From: Raillietiella orientalis
Lineage: Eukaryota
Reading direction: 5' to 3'
DNA: 64,000 bases
Assembly: GCA_036172245.1 (NCBI GenBank)
Contig: JAYWIR010000005.1
Span: 1,798,001 to 1,862,000 of the forward strand
The position numbers were made by a program, and so were the translations under genes. A model generated the notes under the pieces. It was given only the letters and a program-made list of their open reading frames with translations. It had not been told where the DNA came from and ran no database searches. Positions 24,200 to 36,830 of the stretch are shown piece by piece (within the stretch, counting starts at the first letter, position 1; each line of letters begins with the position of its first letter).

Positions 24200-25170
24200 G
24201 TTTTTTTTCGCTTGGCTCTCAAGGATTGCTGAAGAACCATCGATCTCCCTACAAAACTCTTTAAGGCCGTCCATGCCATCCGAGAGTGCGTGGAACTCTT
24301 CAAGTAAGGGGGTAGATCCAGAGAGAACACCCCACGAGAACAGGAAAGCTCCAAAGGAAGGAGTCCATTCCAACCCCCTTTGGATTCCGCTATATCAAAC
24401 GTAAGAGGAATTGCACCAATCTATCCCTGCTTGTCTTCGAAGGGAGCATCTTCCTCATTCTCTCTGGAGGAGTCCCTCGGAGGAAACCCGCAAGGGAAGA
24501 GCTCCTTTTTTTCTTCTCCGAAGAGAACTCTTCCCAATTTTCTGTAAAGGGCGCGATCCTCGAAGGGAGCAGCGCGCATCTCACCCTCTGGGGAGGCAAC
24601 CGCCCAGATGGGTATCAACCAGCTTCATGGTTGATACTTGCCGGTATCCTGGAAAGGATGCAGAGGACGACCACCAGCGGAACGTGATCCCTTCACCAAC
24701 CCTCCCATTTTTTTGTGAATGCAGTTTGTGTTTTTATTTTTCTTTTTGTTTGTTTTTTCCCCCTCCGCTGCCGAGGCGAACCTCGCCGGCCTTCGTGCCG
24801 GTTACCTGCGAACTCTTTCGGACGTTGAAAGGCCGATGGCCCTACACATGTTTGTTGATTTTTAAAATAAACGCCCTGGAGCACCCGAGTGTTAAACCAG
24901 TTCCATGGTACCCGGCTCGTTTTTTTCACAACCAGAGAGGAATCTCGAAGAGCTCCTTGATTCCTGGAAGGAATTCAATCCTTCCTTTCAATCCTGGTCA
25001 GTCAACGGGGATGTCCGGTTTCCGGCTTCCACCGGCACCGCTCCCGAAGAGCCTACAAGCCAATTGACATCATCCCGCGAGGAGAGGGGGAGCCAAAACC
25101 CACGACGCACTCACTTTTGCGTCGGCCGCCAGCGCGGGCTGAAAGCGCCGAATGGAGGAGACGGAACCCT
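24200..25170 (-). mobile_element. tRNA-derived SINE copy split by a LINE 3'-end insertion
   Basis: SINE tail at ~24200-24240 and body to 24631; resumes at 24895 and runs into the head region. Confidence 0.75.
24632..24894 (+). mobile_element. 263-bp family-A LINE 3' end with 15-bp TSD
   Basis: LAGILERMQRT, stem-loop 24644-24661, terminal AATAAACGCCCTGGAGCACCCGAGTGTTA; TSD AACCAGCTTCATGGT 24617-24631 / AACCAGTTCCATGGT 24895-24909. Confidence 0.85.
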
Positions 25171-25994
25171 ATTTTCATCCCAGAGATCCTTCGCTTCTAA
25201 TCTTACTGCGACGCCACCATTCTCCGCTGGGCTACGCCGCAAAGGGAGCGCGCGCGGCGCCATCATACCTCCGCGCGTACCTGACTCCCGGCCCACCTGA
25301 GCGGTTCCTCCGACGGCGAGCGGGAGCCGAGGAAATCCCGGTGCCGCCGGATGAGAATTAATGGGCGATGCGAGAGTCAAACAAAGAGCTCATTAAGGAG
25401 ACGATTGCGCTTGAGCCGCCTGATGGACACGGGAAAACTTAAAAATGATAGTAAATGATGATCGCGGAAGCAATAAAGGAAGAAGATTTCCGTCACCGCG
25501 CGTGCATTTTATAGCTCTTAAAGCCCATGCTTCATTGAAGAGTGCAATAAAAGCAAAGAGTGAGATGCTGGGAAGAAAACAAAAGAAAAGATAAAAAAGG
25601 AACTTCAGAAACTTCCGCGCAGATTCGATCACTTCGCGAATTTTCCAGTTGGCCTCAGCCATCGCTTGCCAGCTTTCGGGGACCGACTAAACGATGATAC
25701 ATTGCTTTTTAATGAAATTCTCCACGAGACCGAGGAAGACATTTCTTATGGTGCTGAGCCGATCATGCAAGACCCGGCACCACCGCCTTTCACAGGGAAT
25801 CTTTCGTCAAACGGGGGAAATGAGGATTCGCGACGCTCTTTCGCATCTCTGTCAGTCGAACTCCGCATGCAAACGAGGAACGATCTCGGACTGGGATCGT
25901 TCCGGAGGGAGGGGGGGGGGGGGACGATGACTTCGTTCGTTTTGTTCGTGCGCGTTTCGATCTTCCGTTTTCGGTTCCATCCCCTGCATTTCAG

Positions 25995-26099
25995 TCTGAG
26001 AACAAATGTGGGCTGGGGATCCTGCAAACGTACGCTGCCGCCTCTGGAAGCCCCTCAGTGAATCAGAGGGACGTCGACTTTGGCGCCAAAGAAGGAAAG
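25995..26099 (+). CDS. Candidate internal coding exon of an unidentified host gene
   Basis: Pyrimidine-rich TTTCAG acceptor, AAG|GTGAGA donor, 105 nt open in phase 0 (SENKCGLGILQTYAAASGSPSVNQRDVDFGAKEGK), in sequence not matching the window's repeats; no homology recognised. Confidence 0.3.
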
Positions 26100-26715
26100 G
26101 TGAGATGTTGGCGACGGGCAGAGCTGCCTTCAGCAACCATCACCGGTTTGGTTCCTCCGAGGTTTCATGTGCGGTGAATGGCAGGCGGAAATGAGAGAGC
26201 AACAACCGATAATTGAAAATCACGAATGCCAAGGAGGAAACATTAAGAAATCGATTTTTCCCGTCAAAGAATGAAAATCGAACGGAAACAAAAGCAAACT
26301 TTCCGTTTTCCATTTTCAGGAAAAAAAAAGGTACAGGGAATGCATAGGCAGATAAGAGAAGAAAATATAAAAAAAAAGAAAAAAAAAAAGAAGAGAAATC
26401 AAAGCAAACAAACGTACTGTTGGAAAAAAAACAAACAAACTTTAAACGCCCGTTTACAAGACAGTCGAGAACCAGAAGACGATTTAGCATTTAACTGGGA
26501 TGCGAGGAGCACGCAAGTTTCCTCCATCTTCAGCGCGTGGCTCCAGATTATGAACGGACTTGCACCTGTGTAAGCTCAATCGACCATTTGCCTGGTTGAA
26601 CCTAACAAGAAACGCGGCAGGTTCATCGTGGTAAAGGATCAGTTTGCTGGACGGCATCAAGCCATCCGATGCTCATGCGGTTGGCACGACATATAGCAAT
26701 CGAGTGCACGCATTA

Positions 26716-26870
26716 TTACGACAGAATTCAACAATCATACTGAGAAGCAATGCAAGCATTCGGGTGACTTCTTACGACAGAATTCAACAATCATACTGAG
26801 CAACAATGCAAGCATCCGGGTGACTTTTTACGACAGAATTCAACAATCATACTGAGCAACAATGCAAGCA
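26716..26870 (+). repeat. 56-bp tandem repeat, ~2.8 copies
   Basis: TTACGACAGAATTCAACAATCATACTGAG starts at 26716, 26772 and 26828. Confidence 0.95.
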
Positions 26871-29800
26871 GCAAGCAACTTCTATTTTGATCGATCCCTA
26901 CTGCACTGCAGTTTGCTCAAAAAAGGTCCTCGAAGGAAACCATTAGTGACGAAGATACTCTTCTGAAACTCACAGGCTGCCGGAACACTTAATGCCTACC
27001 CTCCATTAAGGAAATCAGAGGCTAATCGTGGGCATCTGGTGATTTCGAATAGCTCGTTAGTTGCAACAGCTCAAGATTTGCTGCCGTGTTTTCATTCGAA
27101 TGAAGGATGCCGGGAAAGAATTCTTCGGCTGGCACATTCCAAGCAGACACACAGCTTTTCGAAAACAAGACAAAGCAAAAGAACGAATCCTTTCTCCTGG
27201 AAGTCGTGACTAACCGAACAGCAGAAACAGCTGGCGGTGGGTTCCAGTTGGCATAAACCATTGTAAACCTAAAAATCATGGAAAGTTCAAAGGGTCAGCT
27301 CAGTGGCACCTTAACAACAACAACAAACAGAAAGCTAGAGAGAGAAGCAATTTACGGTGCACGACAGACTCAGTTACAATTCACTGTACACGTCCAGGTA
27401 CTAAAGGAAGATAAAGGAGAATTGTTCCCGAGGATTGAAGCAGAGCAAATAGCGCTGAGCTCTCAAAAGTAGCTCACAAAATCCGAAAGCCGGGTAGATT
27501 TCGATGGCTCGACGATGCTTCCAGTAGGAGGAAAAAGTTTTCCTACACTGAGGTCCTTTCGGCTCCCGTCTTCCGCAAAAAACTGTGGAATGTCCCTGTT
27601 TTCCTTGGAATCGCATTCCGAGCCCATCAGTCAAGAGCATCCTGAATTTTCCTTTTTTTTCCCAAGATGCATACTGCAGTTCTTCTTTCCTACCTCTCTC
27701 CTTCTGGTTTATCCCCAGCAAATCTCCCGGGAGTTGCTCGCGGATCGAAGGCTTGAATGGATCTTCACTTTATCCCCCTCCCCCTCCTGCTAGTGGATTC
27801 CGCCCTGACCATGCCTCCACATGGATTTTCCCGTCAAATTGCCCACTCGAAAAGAATGGAACAAAACGGCGAAGAGTCGGTAAACGTCCTGATAATCCGA
27901 GTGCAAGAAGAAGGAAGGGCAAGAAAAATGGAAGGGCGGCGGTAAGAGGGAAGCTCTCTGAAGATGCGGGGATGCTCCTCGCTTCCGAAAGCGAGCCACA
28001 AGGATGTCGGAGCAGCAGGGGCGTTGCCGGTGAACGATCACAACAGAGTGTGGCAAGGGGTGGAGGGGGGAAAAGCGACCACCCGGAGGATCTCGGCGCT
28101 TCCTTCCACCACTACGTGGAAGGAGGGCTGCGACTGGGAGGCGCTCCATTTCGGCACTAAGTAGGGAAGCAAACTCTGCCCACCGATCGCGTCTCCGGGC
28201 ACCAGAGGATGATGTGCAGAGACGAAGATGGATCTTCGACCTCCTCTCTGCAGGGCTCCAAGTCCATCTTCCGCGCCGAGGTCTCGATTCCCAGACTGAG
28301 CACGAGGTGCCCTCTTGGAGGCAGAACGAGGAGAAACAATCGATGGAGCAAATCAGAGTCCTTGAAAGGGCAACGACCTCACCTCTGAAAGGTCGGAGAA
28401 GCCCTGAGGTCGAAGAGGCGTAAATTTACGCCTCTCTGAGAAACTGCGAAGACTGAAGATGATTGCGGGTACAGCGATTGCCCTGAGGTGCAAGCTAGAG
28501 AGCACCTCTCTGCAGGATAGGGGAAGGGGAAAGAAACGGCACCTCATATGGTCTTCGCCTCCACCCCTGCCGATGGCGGGGAGCACCCTCGCTAGTAGGC
28601 GCGTGAGCGTACGTCTTCCATGCCTTCGGAGAGAGGGTTCCAAGTCCCATCGACTTGTGAAGTTTCCCCCCGAAGGGGCATTGCTGACCTATTCGAGATG
28701 CGCAGGAGCCCCACGTCCTCACGAGGCGGCAGGAGCGTGGCTCTTGATCGGTGTACTGAGGCTTGCTCGGAGGGTCTCAGAAACTCTTGAACTCTCAGCC
28801 CACCGGTCAGCAGATTGGAACTTTCAAGCAGAGTCGCTCACCTTTCCAGATGAGCTGCATCCAAAAGTCAGGTCGGAGGGCACGGTGCTCCAGAACCGGG
28901 AATCGATGTTTCGGGAGACTCTTTGTTTTCCTCTTTCGTCCCTTTCCCTTGCCATTACTTGAAAAACCATCCTGAAATTCTTTTCAAAGCTTTCTCGACC
29001 TCTGAGGTTCTGGGCTTCTTGGACAACCCTTGCGGTTTGATCAGAACTACTGCTCCGAGGGATCCTTCGAAGACTAGAGGCTACGTCATCTTAGAGTTCA
29101 CCTCCATCTAGAAGCAATCTGCGGAACCACTGCCCAGCTTGGATGCATAGCGGTCTTATCAGCATCTGCCTGCCTTCTTTTGTAGAAGAAACAATAAATG
29201 CCCCTTTTTTCTTTTTTTTTTTCTGTTTGGGTTTCTGGCCATTCACTTCAGGGACCACTCCGCCAGCTTCGGGGTTTCGCTCATCAGATATCTCCCGTGA
29301 TTCTTCCAGGAGGACCCCAGATGAACGTGCAACCCATTTCCCCCCCCTTAATTACAAGCTGTCATGGTCCTCATTAGAAGATGAAGTGAAAACTCCCAGA
29401 GCTGTCGTGTTGCCCTGCGAGTTCAGTGTGATTTCAAGGAGTGGTGCTTTCCTGGAAGAGCACATGGACAGAGGAATAAACCACACTTTAAGATCCCCGT
29501 TCAGTTGATGCTGACCATGTGGAACGCTGGGAAAGTTTGTTGATGTATGGTCCCGCGGAACGCTTTCAAGATTCATCTATGGAGCTTTTGGAGGATTACT
29601 TCTACGCCCCTGATTCATGGATGCATGTGAGGCATTTCTCAAACGTGCTGAAAACAGTCAGAGCAATTTTTCGGATGCTGATTTCAGGATGATCCCGGAA
29701 TTGGACCACACGGATCGGCATCATCCCGCTAGATCCTCCGAAATTCCACCCGGAGACAGCTGCCTTGAGATGGTTAGGAGATCTGGCCACTCAGGAAAGC

Positions 29801-31990
29801 ACGCACGGCAGCCATCCCGGACCACAAAGTCAGGATGACCACGGGTAAAGGTGCTCAGATGGTCGACTCGTGCAAGTGTATCATCTGTTGGCGAGGCACG
29901 TGCGTCCGTGCTTGTTTCAGGCCTCTCAAAGTGACCTTGATCGGAGGAAAGGGGAGAGTACTTAGGAGGAGATGGCGTTCACCTTTAGTTTTCGTCCACA
30001 GCCCTGAAGCAGCGAAAACAAGTCCGTGAACACTTTGCCAGCTTGCCCAGTTGACTACAAGGATTCGAAACTAGCAGAGTGCAGCTTTCTGTAGAAGAAT
30101 CCTCCACGTATGAACTGGAGTGCCACCAGAAGTCGCTCAGGGGTCTTTGAAAAGACCACCGAGTTCAGCTGGCTTTGCAATGGTAAGTTGGCCACTTAAG
30201 CTTTCGCAGGCATCGACGTAAGATCACCAAACTGTCGGACGCCGCACCGCTCGTGCCAGCGTTATCTTGGGACGTTCTCCACGGGCGACCTGATGCCACC
30301 GGAAAGTTATGGGATGCTGTGCAGGGGCTTTTGGAAAGACCAGCGAGTTCCGCTGGTTTTGCGACGTTGTTCATCAGCGTTGCACTTTGCCCTCTGACTA
30401 CGGCGGCAGCCAGGTTCCCGTTCTCAAGTTGTCGCTGCTTCCAGTAAGAGTACCTCAGTAGCTCAAAGTGCAAGACTCAGAGACTGTCCAGCGGGAAGGA
30501 GCTCTCCTGAGTTCGCTGAAGAAGACGTTTCATGGACCAGAGTTTGCCTTACTTCAGGTAAGAAGAAATCAGATTTTGTTGCAGCAAACAAGGGAATGGC
30601 GTGCATTTTCTGAGAAGTACTGAGCAACCCCCCATAAACAGGAAGGCAATCAGGAAGAAACAGAACCACAGAATAACCGCTGCCCCATCAGCAAGCCAAA
30701 GTTCTTATATCATCATCAAGCGATATAAAACGCGTGCACTTCCGGGAATCGAAATTTCCTCAGATGGCTTCATTGCTCGCATAAAACAGTATCTTTAGAG
30801 CTGGGACAGGCGATTTCTTCAGCTGAAATGGAGGGTCTCGAAGCGAGGTTTGATTGCTATAGGCGAAATTCCGAGAACCTGGAAACTCGAAATACTTTCC
30901 TGACCAGGATTCCCGAACAGGGTCAATTCTTCAGTAAGATTAAGAAGGCGCGCAATGCTTCTTTCGTCTAGCATTGCAGTCGGAAACGCGACCATCCCGG
31001 TTCGATTCGGGACCAAGCGCTGATTCATGATGGCATACACTGGAAAGATGTTCTCTTGGAACCCTGCTCACGAAAGCTGCTCGAACCACGAGATAAAATT
31101 CCTCGAACGTTTGCGTCATACGTTTCGTCAATCCCAGTAATAACGCCAGTAATCATAAAAAGCAGGGAAGACCGGGAGCGTAAGCAGCGGAACAGTCGCC
31201 CTGCTCTGCAGTTGATCTTCGGTTCGCTTCGTCCCGTGCTTTCGGTCTTTGCAGTCGACTTACCGCACTGACGTTCGACGCCGCTGAGCGACTCGCACGA
31301 GGAGGCGCCGGCGGTTTGCAGCAGCGCTTCAGAGTGGCCTTCTGAAAGCACTCCGTCGAAGAAGCAAGGAGAAAATGCTCCAACGGCTGCTTCACCACTC
31401 TTCCAGCTTCCCTCTCAGCCAGCATGCCCAGCCACGCTCTCCCCCTGCAGTCGGAGCGCGCGCTAAGCTGCAAAGCGTGAGGCTACGTCTGAGCGTGTTG
31501 GGCGCTCTTCCTTCCGGACTCAGCTTCGACCTCCAACTTTGCTCATCCTCGGAAAATTTTCCCCGATTCTCAGTGTGCTTGCACTTCTTCCAACTATGGC
31601 ACTTTCCCTGTCCATCAGAAAACGTCGCGCACATAAAGACTCCATCTCCATCACTGCATGTTGTCCGCCTTTTCCCTAACAACATCAGCAAGATGTTTTG
31701 ATGAATCGGGAAAATCGTAGAGGAATTCCATTAGAGGGAAACTGGAAGCAACTGCAATAGATGAGCTAATGAGGAAGATTAGTTCGGGTTCCAAAGTTGC
31801 CGTTTTCCATGCAAAGTGCAGTGCTCATTTCTAGTAGAGAAACCGTAGTGTAGCCGTATCGATTCCGTGGAGGCGTCGGAAAGAATGAAGGAAGTCAGAA
31901 GACATCCCGTGCCAATGACTGACAAACCGCAAATTCGAAGAACGACAAGACAATCGGTGTTGGTGACTTATCCGTAGCTGGTCAGTAACA

Positions 31991-32312
31991 ATAAAGCACT
32001 GCAGAGTGATTGGGGATTCGATACGGGAGGGGTGGTCGTCCCTAGTGAAAGGGAAAGTCCGAAAGCGAAACAGGGCTAAAAGAATACGTGCGCATGTTCT
32101 TCAGAAAGGGACAGCAGCGACTTCAAGATGAAAGATCGTCAAAATTGTCCCAAGGACCATGGAATCCTGACTCTCCCTTAGGTCGCTACTGTCCTTTTTT
32201 GAAGAACATGCGCACCCATTATTTCAGCCCTGTTTCGCGTTCGGACTTTCCCTTTCACTAGGGACGACCACCCCTCCCGTATCGAATCCCCAATCACTCT
32301 GCAGTGCTTTAT
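31991..32312. repeat. Long inverted repeat (131-bp arms, 60-bp spacer)
   Basis: 31991-32121 is the near-exact reverse complement of 32182-32312; outer ~70 bp identical. Confidence 0.92.
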
Positions 32313-32530
32313 AGTTCTGCTCAAGGAATCCTGATTCCATAGTCCTTGAGCTGCTTCCACGTCCGTGCAGTTCTTTCCTTTCTTTTCGCTTTTTTTTGGT
32401 TTGGAAAGCACCCAAGAACCCGTTGCTCACCCCATAGGGAGCATAGGAGCGGCCAAACGCCCCCGCATGGGCGCACATGAAGCGCACCTTTCCTCCTCGC
32501 TGTCGCGCACGTGAAGAGGAGAGGAGGTTC

Positions 32531-33370
32531 TTCACCCGGTCATGCCGGGGCGTTTATTAAAAATAAACCTGTTGGGAACAAAGTTCCCAGCCGACGACAT
32601 CAAGAAACAAAGGGGAGGGCCCACCGGCGCGCAGGCTGGGAAAACGGAAAGTCTGGAACGAGGGAGAGATAAGGGGATAACAGAAATAAGTTAAATTGGA
32701 TGGGATGAGGCAGGGATCTTTTGATTCACTCCGCACGCACTGGGATGAGAATACACACAAAAAAAAACCCGGGAAAATCGCGGAGCGAAAAGGAATAGGG
32801 AACGAAAAACCAAATCAAAAACAAATAAGGGGGGGCCAGGAATCAGGGTCACTGGAATCGGCCGTTCCTAACGATCAACCAACCGGCTCTGTATGCCGGT
32901 GATCTCCACCTGAGTCTCTTCTTCCAGGTGAGATCACCGTGCAACCGCACTGATGTAGGGGCTGCCCCCATCGTGATGATCTCCTTTCGCTGCGTGGTGG
33001 TCTCCAGCACATGTCCAGCTGTGACGATAGCGCGGATGCAACCCATGGTTGCGATTACCGCGCCAGTCGAGAGACCTCCCGGTGCAAAGAATCGTCGCAG
33101 CACATCTCGAGCGGTGTCCTCCTCGTGCAGGGGTGCTGCTGACAGCCTCCCCCACAGTACTTGAGGGGCACCGCAGTCCAGAAGCAGGTGCGGCGGGATC
33201 GACTCCGTCGACGCACATCTGGCACAGTTCGAGGATGCAACCACTCCGGAAACTCGGTGCCGTCGCTCGTAACACTGAAATCCCCAGTGGATGAGAAGGA
33301 GGCACCAGGAAGGGTGGCACCCTAGCACCTGCTGCTGTAAAGAGGGCCAAGGGTCCACTTCCGACACCGA
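32531..33370 (-). mobile_element. 5'-truncated L1/Tx1-like LINE, family B
   Basis: ORF 32849-33367 LLLIHWGF...CARCASTESIPPHLLLDC; T-rich UTR; terminal AATAAACGCCCCGGCATGACCGGGTGAA. Confidence 0.8.
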
Positions 33371-35134
33371 GCTCCTAGTGGGCGGACCCTCCCGGTGCCG
33401 CCATCATGAGAGGACTCGGCATCCGAACTCGGGGTTGATCCTTCGCGGAATTCGAACCAGCAACGCCGGGGACAGCACGCGGAAGCCGCGGCCACGCAGC
33501 CGCCACCACCGCGCGCAAGAACGTGCATTAAGACGTAGGAGCTGGCATCCGCTAGCTTACGCTGATGGTTTGCCACGGCGAATTCCATTGCTGCAGTCGA
33601 GACTTTGGCAAGATGGAATACAACCGAGCAGTGTGGCGGTTGAAGAGGAGTCCACAGAAACACCACGTGATCAGTGGATGGGACACGGTTAATGCTATGG
33701 GAGGGAGGGTTGTCATTTGGAGGAAGAACCATGCCAGCTGTGATGAGAAACATCCCTGTAAAGAGAAGCTCGCAAGTGTAGGCGCAGGTTGCTCACAGAG
33801 ATTTCCACGTGTCTTCCCATCTCGGCACTACCGTGTTCCGTGTTCTTTCTATTCCACCAATCCCTGATTCCTCCGCAGATTTGCGCTAGCCTTGTACACC
33901 TGTATTCCGATCCAGCTGTTTTCAACGTCTCTTGAGCTAAGATAAGTAAGCTGCTGCATGTTCTCTTTTTGGTCTGTCACCTTGGTGAGCAAAGCGCCCT
34001 GCGCCACTGTTTCACAGCAACATTACCGTGAAACGCAGCCTAAAGACAACGCTGGCTCGTCGAGGCTTTGCCTGCTAGCAGCACCCGGAGCGGTTACAGC
34101 AAAACTTCAGGTCCAGCTTCAGTGCGTCCTTTGCGGACTGCAAGGCACCGCCATTGATCCGGATGACGACTTTTTCCTGTTTCGCCTGACATCCCAATTG
34201 CACCTTCCAGATGGACATTCTTTGGGGACATTTCCGCCCTCTGGTTCAGCTTCGATGCCGCAAGTTGGGGAGCGGCGCCCTTTGCAGCTGAGTGCATTCG
34301 AGTACTTCCTGTTTCTTCAGCAAGGACATTTATTTTACTTATATATATATTTTTTTCATTTGTAGTCACGTGATACGATTGACCCCAGGAGAGGAAGCCT
34401 GGAGTTCTCTCTCGCGCAAAAGTCTCTTCCGCTTCCATTAGCAAGTTTGTGGCTCCATTCAGCAACAACCGGATGCGTTCTCTGGTGAGACCACCGAGGC
34501 CCGTGGAGCGGTTCCCGGAGAGCGAAGATTTGTGACTCCTTCCCCTCTGCACGGACCTTGCGTTGATGACCGAGCCGCAGGATTCCCAGGTCGGTGCCGT
34601 ATGTCTCTAAGCAGGAGCATACTGCTTAGTAAGACGGCTGGAGAGGAAAGGAAGATCAGAGAGCGAGGAAATGGTGGACTCATGGCGCAGGGAACAGAGT
34701 CGAAAATCGCTCAGCATCCGGTTCTGGAGCTGCGGTTCATCCCATCGGAATTCTGCAGACGAATGCACGTGGCTCCTCCTCCCTCTCCCAGGTGGGAGAA
34801 AAACGGGTCTGCATCTCTCGTGGTTGGAGAATGCGTCCAGACGCATGCAGCAGAGGTAGTCGGCGGCGTTGCTGGATCCATGCTGGTTTTGAGCTGTGCA
34901 GCGCGCTGAAGCCGACACGGAATCCGGGAGGCACGAGGCGGTCTACCATTAGGCCTTCTTTGAATCCGACATGGGATGATGTGTTCACGGGACCACAGGC
35001 TTTGTTGGGTTCCTTGAATCAGGAGGCAGTGCTTCAGGAACATTCTTCAGGCTGTCCAACTTTTCCACAATATCTCCCTCATTGAGAACGTTCTGCTTGT
35101 ATCAGAAATCCCTTGAGGCCTGATAGCTGCACCT

Positions 35135-35711
35135 GTTTTTTTGCTTTCCTTTTTCCGGGTTTTCGTTTTTTGGTTACCAAGGAGCGCTGAAGAAGCGTGC
35201 GCCACCTTAGGAAAGGGGGCCTCACAGAGCTCTTCGACGTTATCCACTCCACCTGGGGTGCGTGACACCCTTCCAGTTATAGGGGGCAACCCCGGAAAGA
35301 CCACCTTATAAATCCAGGAAGGCTCTGGAGGAGGAAGGAATCCGTTCCTCTCACGCATGGTAGGGGGGAACCCGAAGGAACGTCCTCATTCTCTCCGGAG
35401 AGGACCAATCTTCATTTCTTCTCCAAAGGGAATCCGGGAAGGATCCGCTCCCGAAATTTCTTTTTTCGGAAAAATCCCGCAAGGAAATCGTTCCTCGTTT
35501 TCTCTTCTGGAGGGAACCCTGGAGGGAGCAGCGCACTGCTTGAACTCTGGAGAGCCATCAGTTCACCAGCTCCATGGTATGAGACGCCTCCCTTTTCAAC
35601 AACCGGAGGGGAGCGCCGAACGGCTTCTCGATTCCTGGAAGGACCCCGGACTTCCAATTCCAGCCAGTCAACGAAGACATCCTGTTTCCACCTTCCACCT
35701 GCACCGCACCC
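35135..35711 (-). mobile_element. tRNA-derived SINE (tail and body); head continues at 36409-36490
   Basis: Tail TTCTTCAGCGCTCCTTGGTAACC followed by an A-rich run; conserved body. Confidence 0.75.
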
Positions 35712-36408
35712 TCCCCTTAAAGTGGCAGGAGTCGGCATTGATGCTGCTGCACTGGGACCTCTTTTGCAACACCCGCCGGCATGATTGGACACGGTTTGTG
35801 CGGACCCAAACTATGCAAGGTGTGGGGAGAGGGAATCTCTGTCGCACCTGCTAGTGGACTGTGTTGCTTTCCGGTCCGTTTGGGAGCTCTTTGTCGCGAC
35901 TCTTGGAACCCCCGGCGGCAACCTCTGAAACCTCTTCAAGCGCCTCTTTCTTCACAACGCCCTCACGCCGGCTGCATCTCCAGCAGCACTTTGCTGCCCA
36001 AGCAGGATCGTGGCTGCATGGAGCAGCCAGAGGAAGTCAGAACATCAGGGGCGCCATCCATTTTGCTGTCCTCTTCATGAGGGCAGCGTCAAGATAGCTC
36101 CATCTGGGAGTCTTGAAACAGGAACTTGCTGGCATCCTTACAAGGATGCAGAGGAGACCCTCCAGCACATAGTGATCCCTTCCCGAATCCCCCCATTTTT
36201 TGACTGCATTTTTCCATTTTATTTTATTTTTCTTTCTGCCTGTCTCCCCTTCCCCTGTGCTGCTGAAGCGAACCCAGCTGGCCTGAGTGCCAGCTCCCGG
36301 CAGGTTCCTTCGCGTAGTTTTAGGTAACGTGGCAGTATCATACGTCCTGCCACAGACGTGTATGTTTTCTTTTTGTAGAAGTAAATGCTCCGGCGTGACC
36401 GGGTGTCA
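35712..36408 (+). mobile_element. 5'-truncated family-A LINE nested in the SINE
   Basis: PLKWQESALMLLHW...CARCGERESLSHLLVDC, stem-loop 36132-36149, terminal CTCCGGCGTGACCGGGTG; degenerate TSD 35697-35711 / 36409-36423. Confidence 0.8.
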
Positions 36409-36490
36409 ACCAGTGCCATACCCAAAGCCTACAGGTCAAACAGCGCCATTCTGCAGGGGGGATTCGAAACCCACGACGCCCTCTCCCCGT
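36409..36490 (-). mobile_element. Head-proximal part of the interrupted 35.1 kb SINE
   Basis: Reverse complement contains GCGTCGTGGGTTTCGAATCC, collinear with the 12.7 kb and 25.1 kb copies. Confidence 0.65.
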
Positions 36491-36569
36491 TCTCGACGTC
36501 GATCCTTCCCCAAGCAGGATTCGAGACGTCGACGCTTGACACCACGAGCGAAGACCGCCCCCATACGGC

Positions 36570-36830
36570 TTCCAAGCCGGGTTCATATAAAAAATGGCAA
36601 CCAAGAGGAACTTGTAGGCATCCTTGAAAAGATGCAGAGGCCACCAGGGAACAATATGTGATTACTTCCCTTCTCTCCCCCCTCTCCTCTTACTCTCCCA
36701 AACATTTTAGTGCTTCTTGTTCAATATCTATTTATTTTTTGTTCATTCCCCTTCCCCTTGCTTTCTTTGCGCGGACCTCTTCGGCGGCTGCTTCCGAGCA
36801 GAACTTCTCTGGAACGTCCCAAACTAATGA
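36570..36830 (+). mobile_element. Family-A LINE C-terminal fragment
   Basis: EELVGILEKMQRP then stop and pyrimidine-rich UTR; terminal motif not seen. Confidence 0.6.

Noticed and set aside
26716..26870. CRISPR-like array
   Set aside because: Units are contiguous near-identical tandem copies with no unique spacers, there are no cas genes, and the context is eukaryotic
32531..32558. Helitron 3' end (hairpin near terminus)
   Set aside because: No CTRR terminus; related copies have 14-16 bp TSDs and LINE ORF2 C-termini, which Helitrons lack
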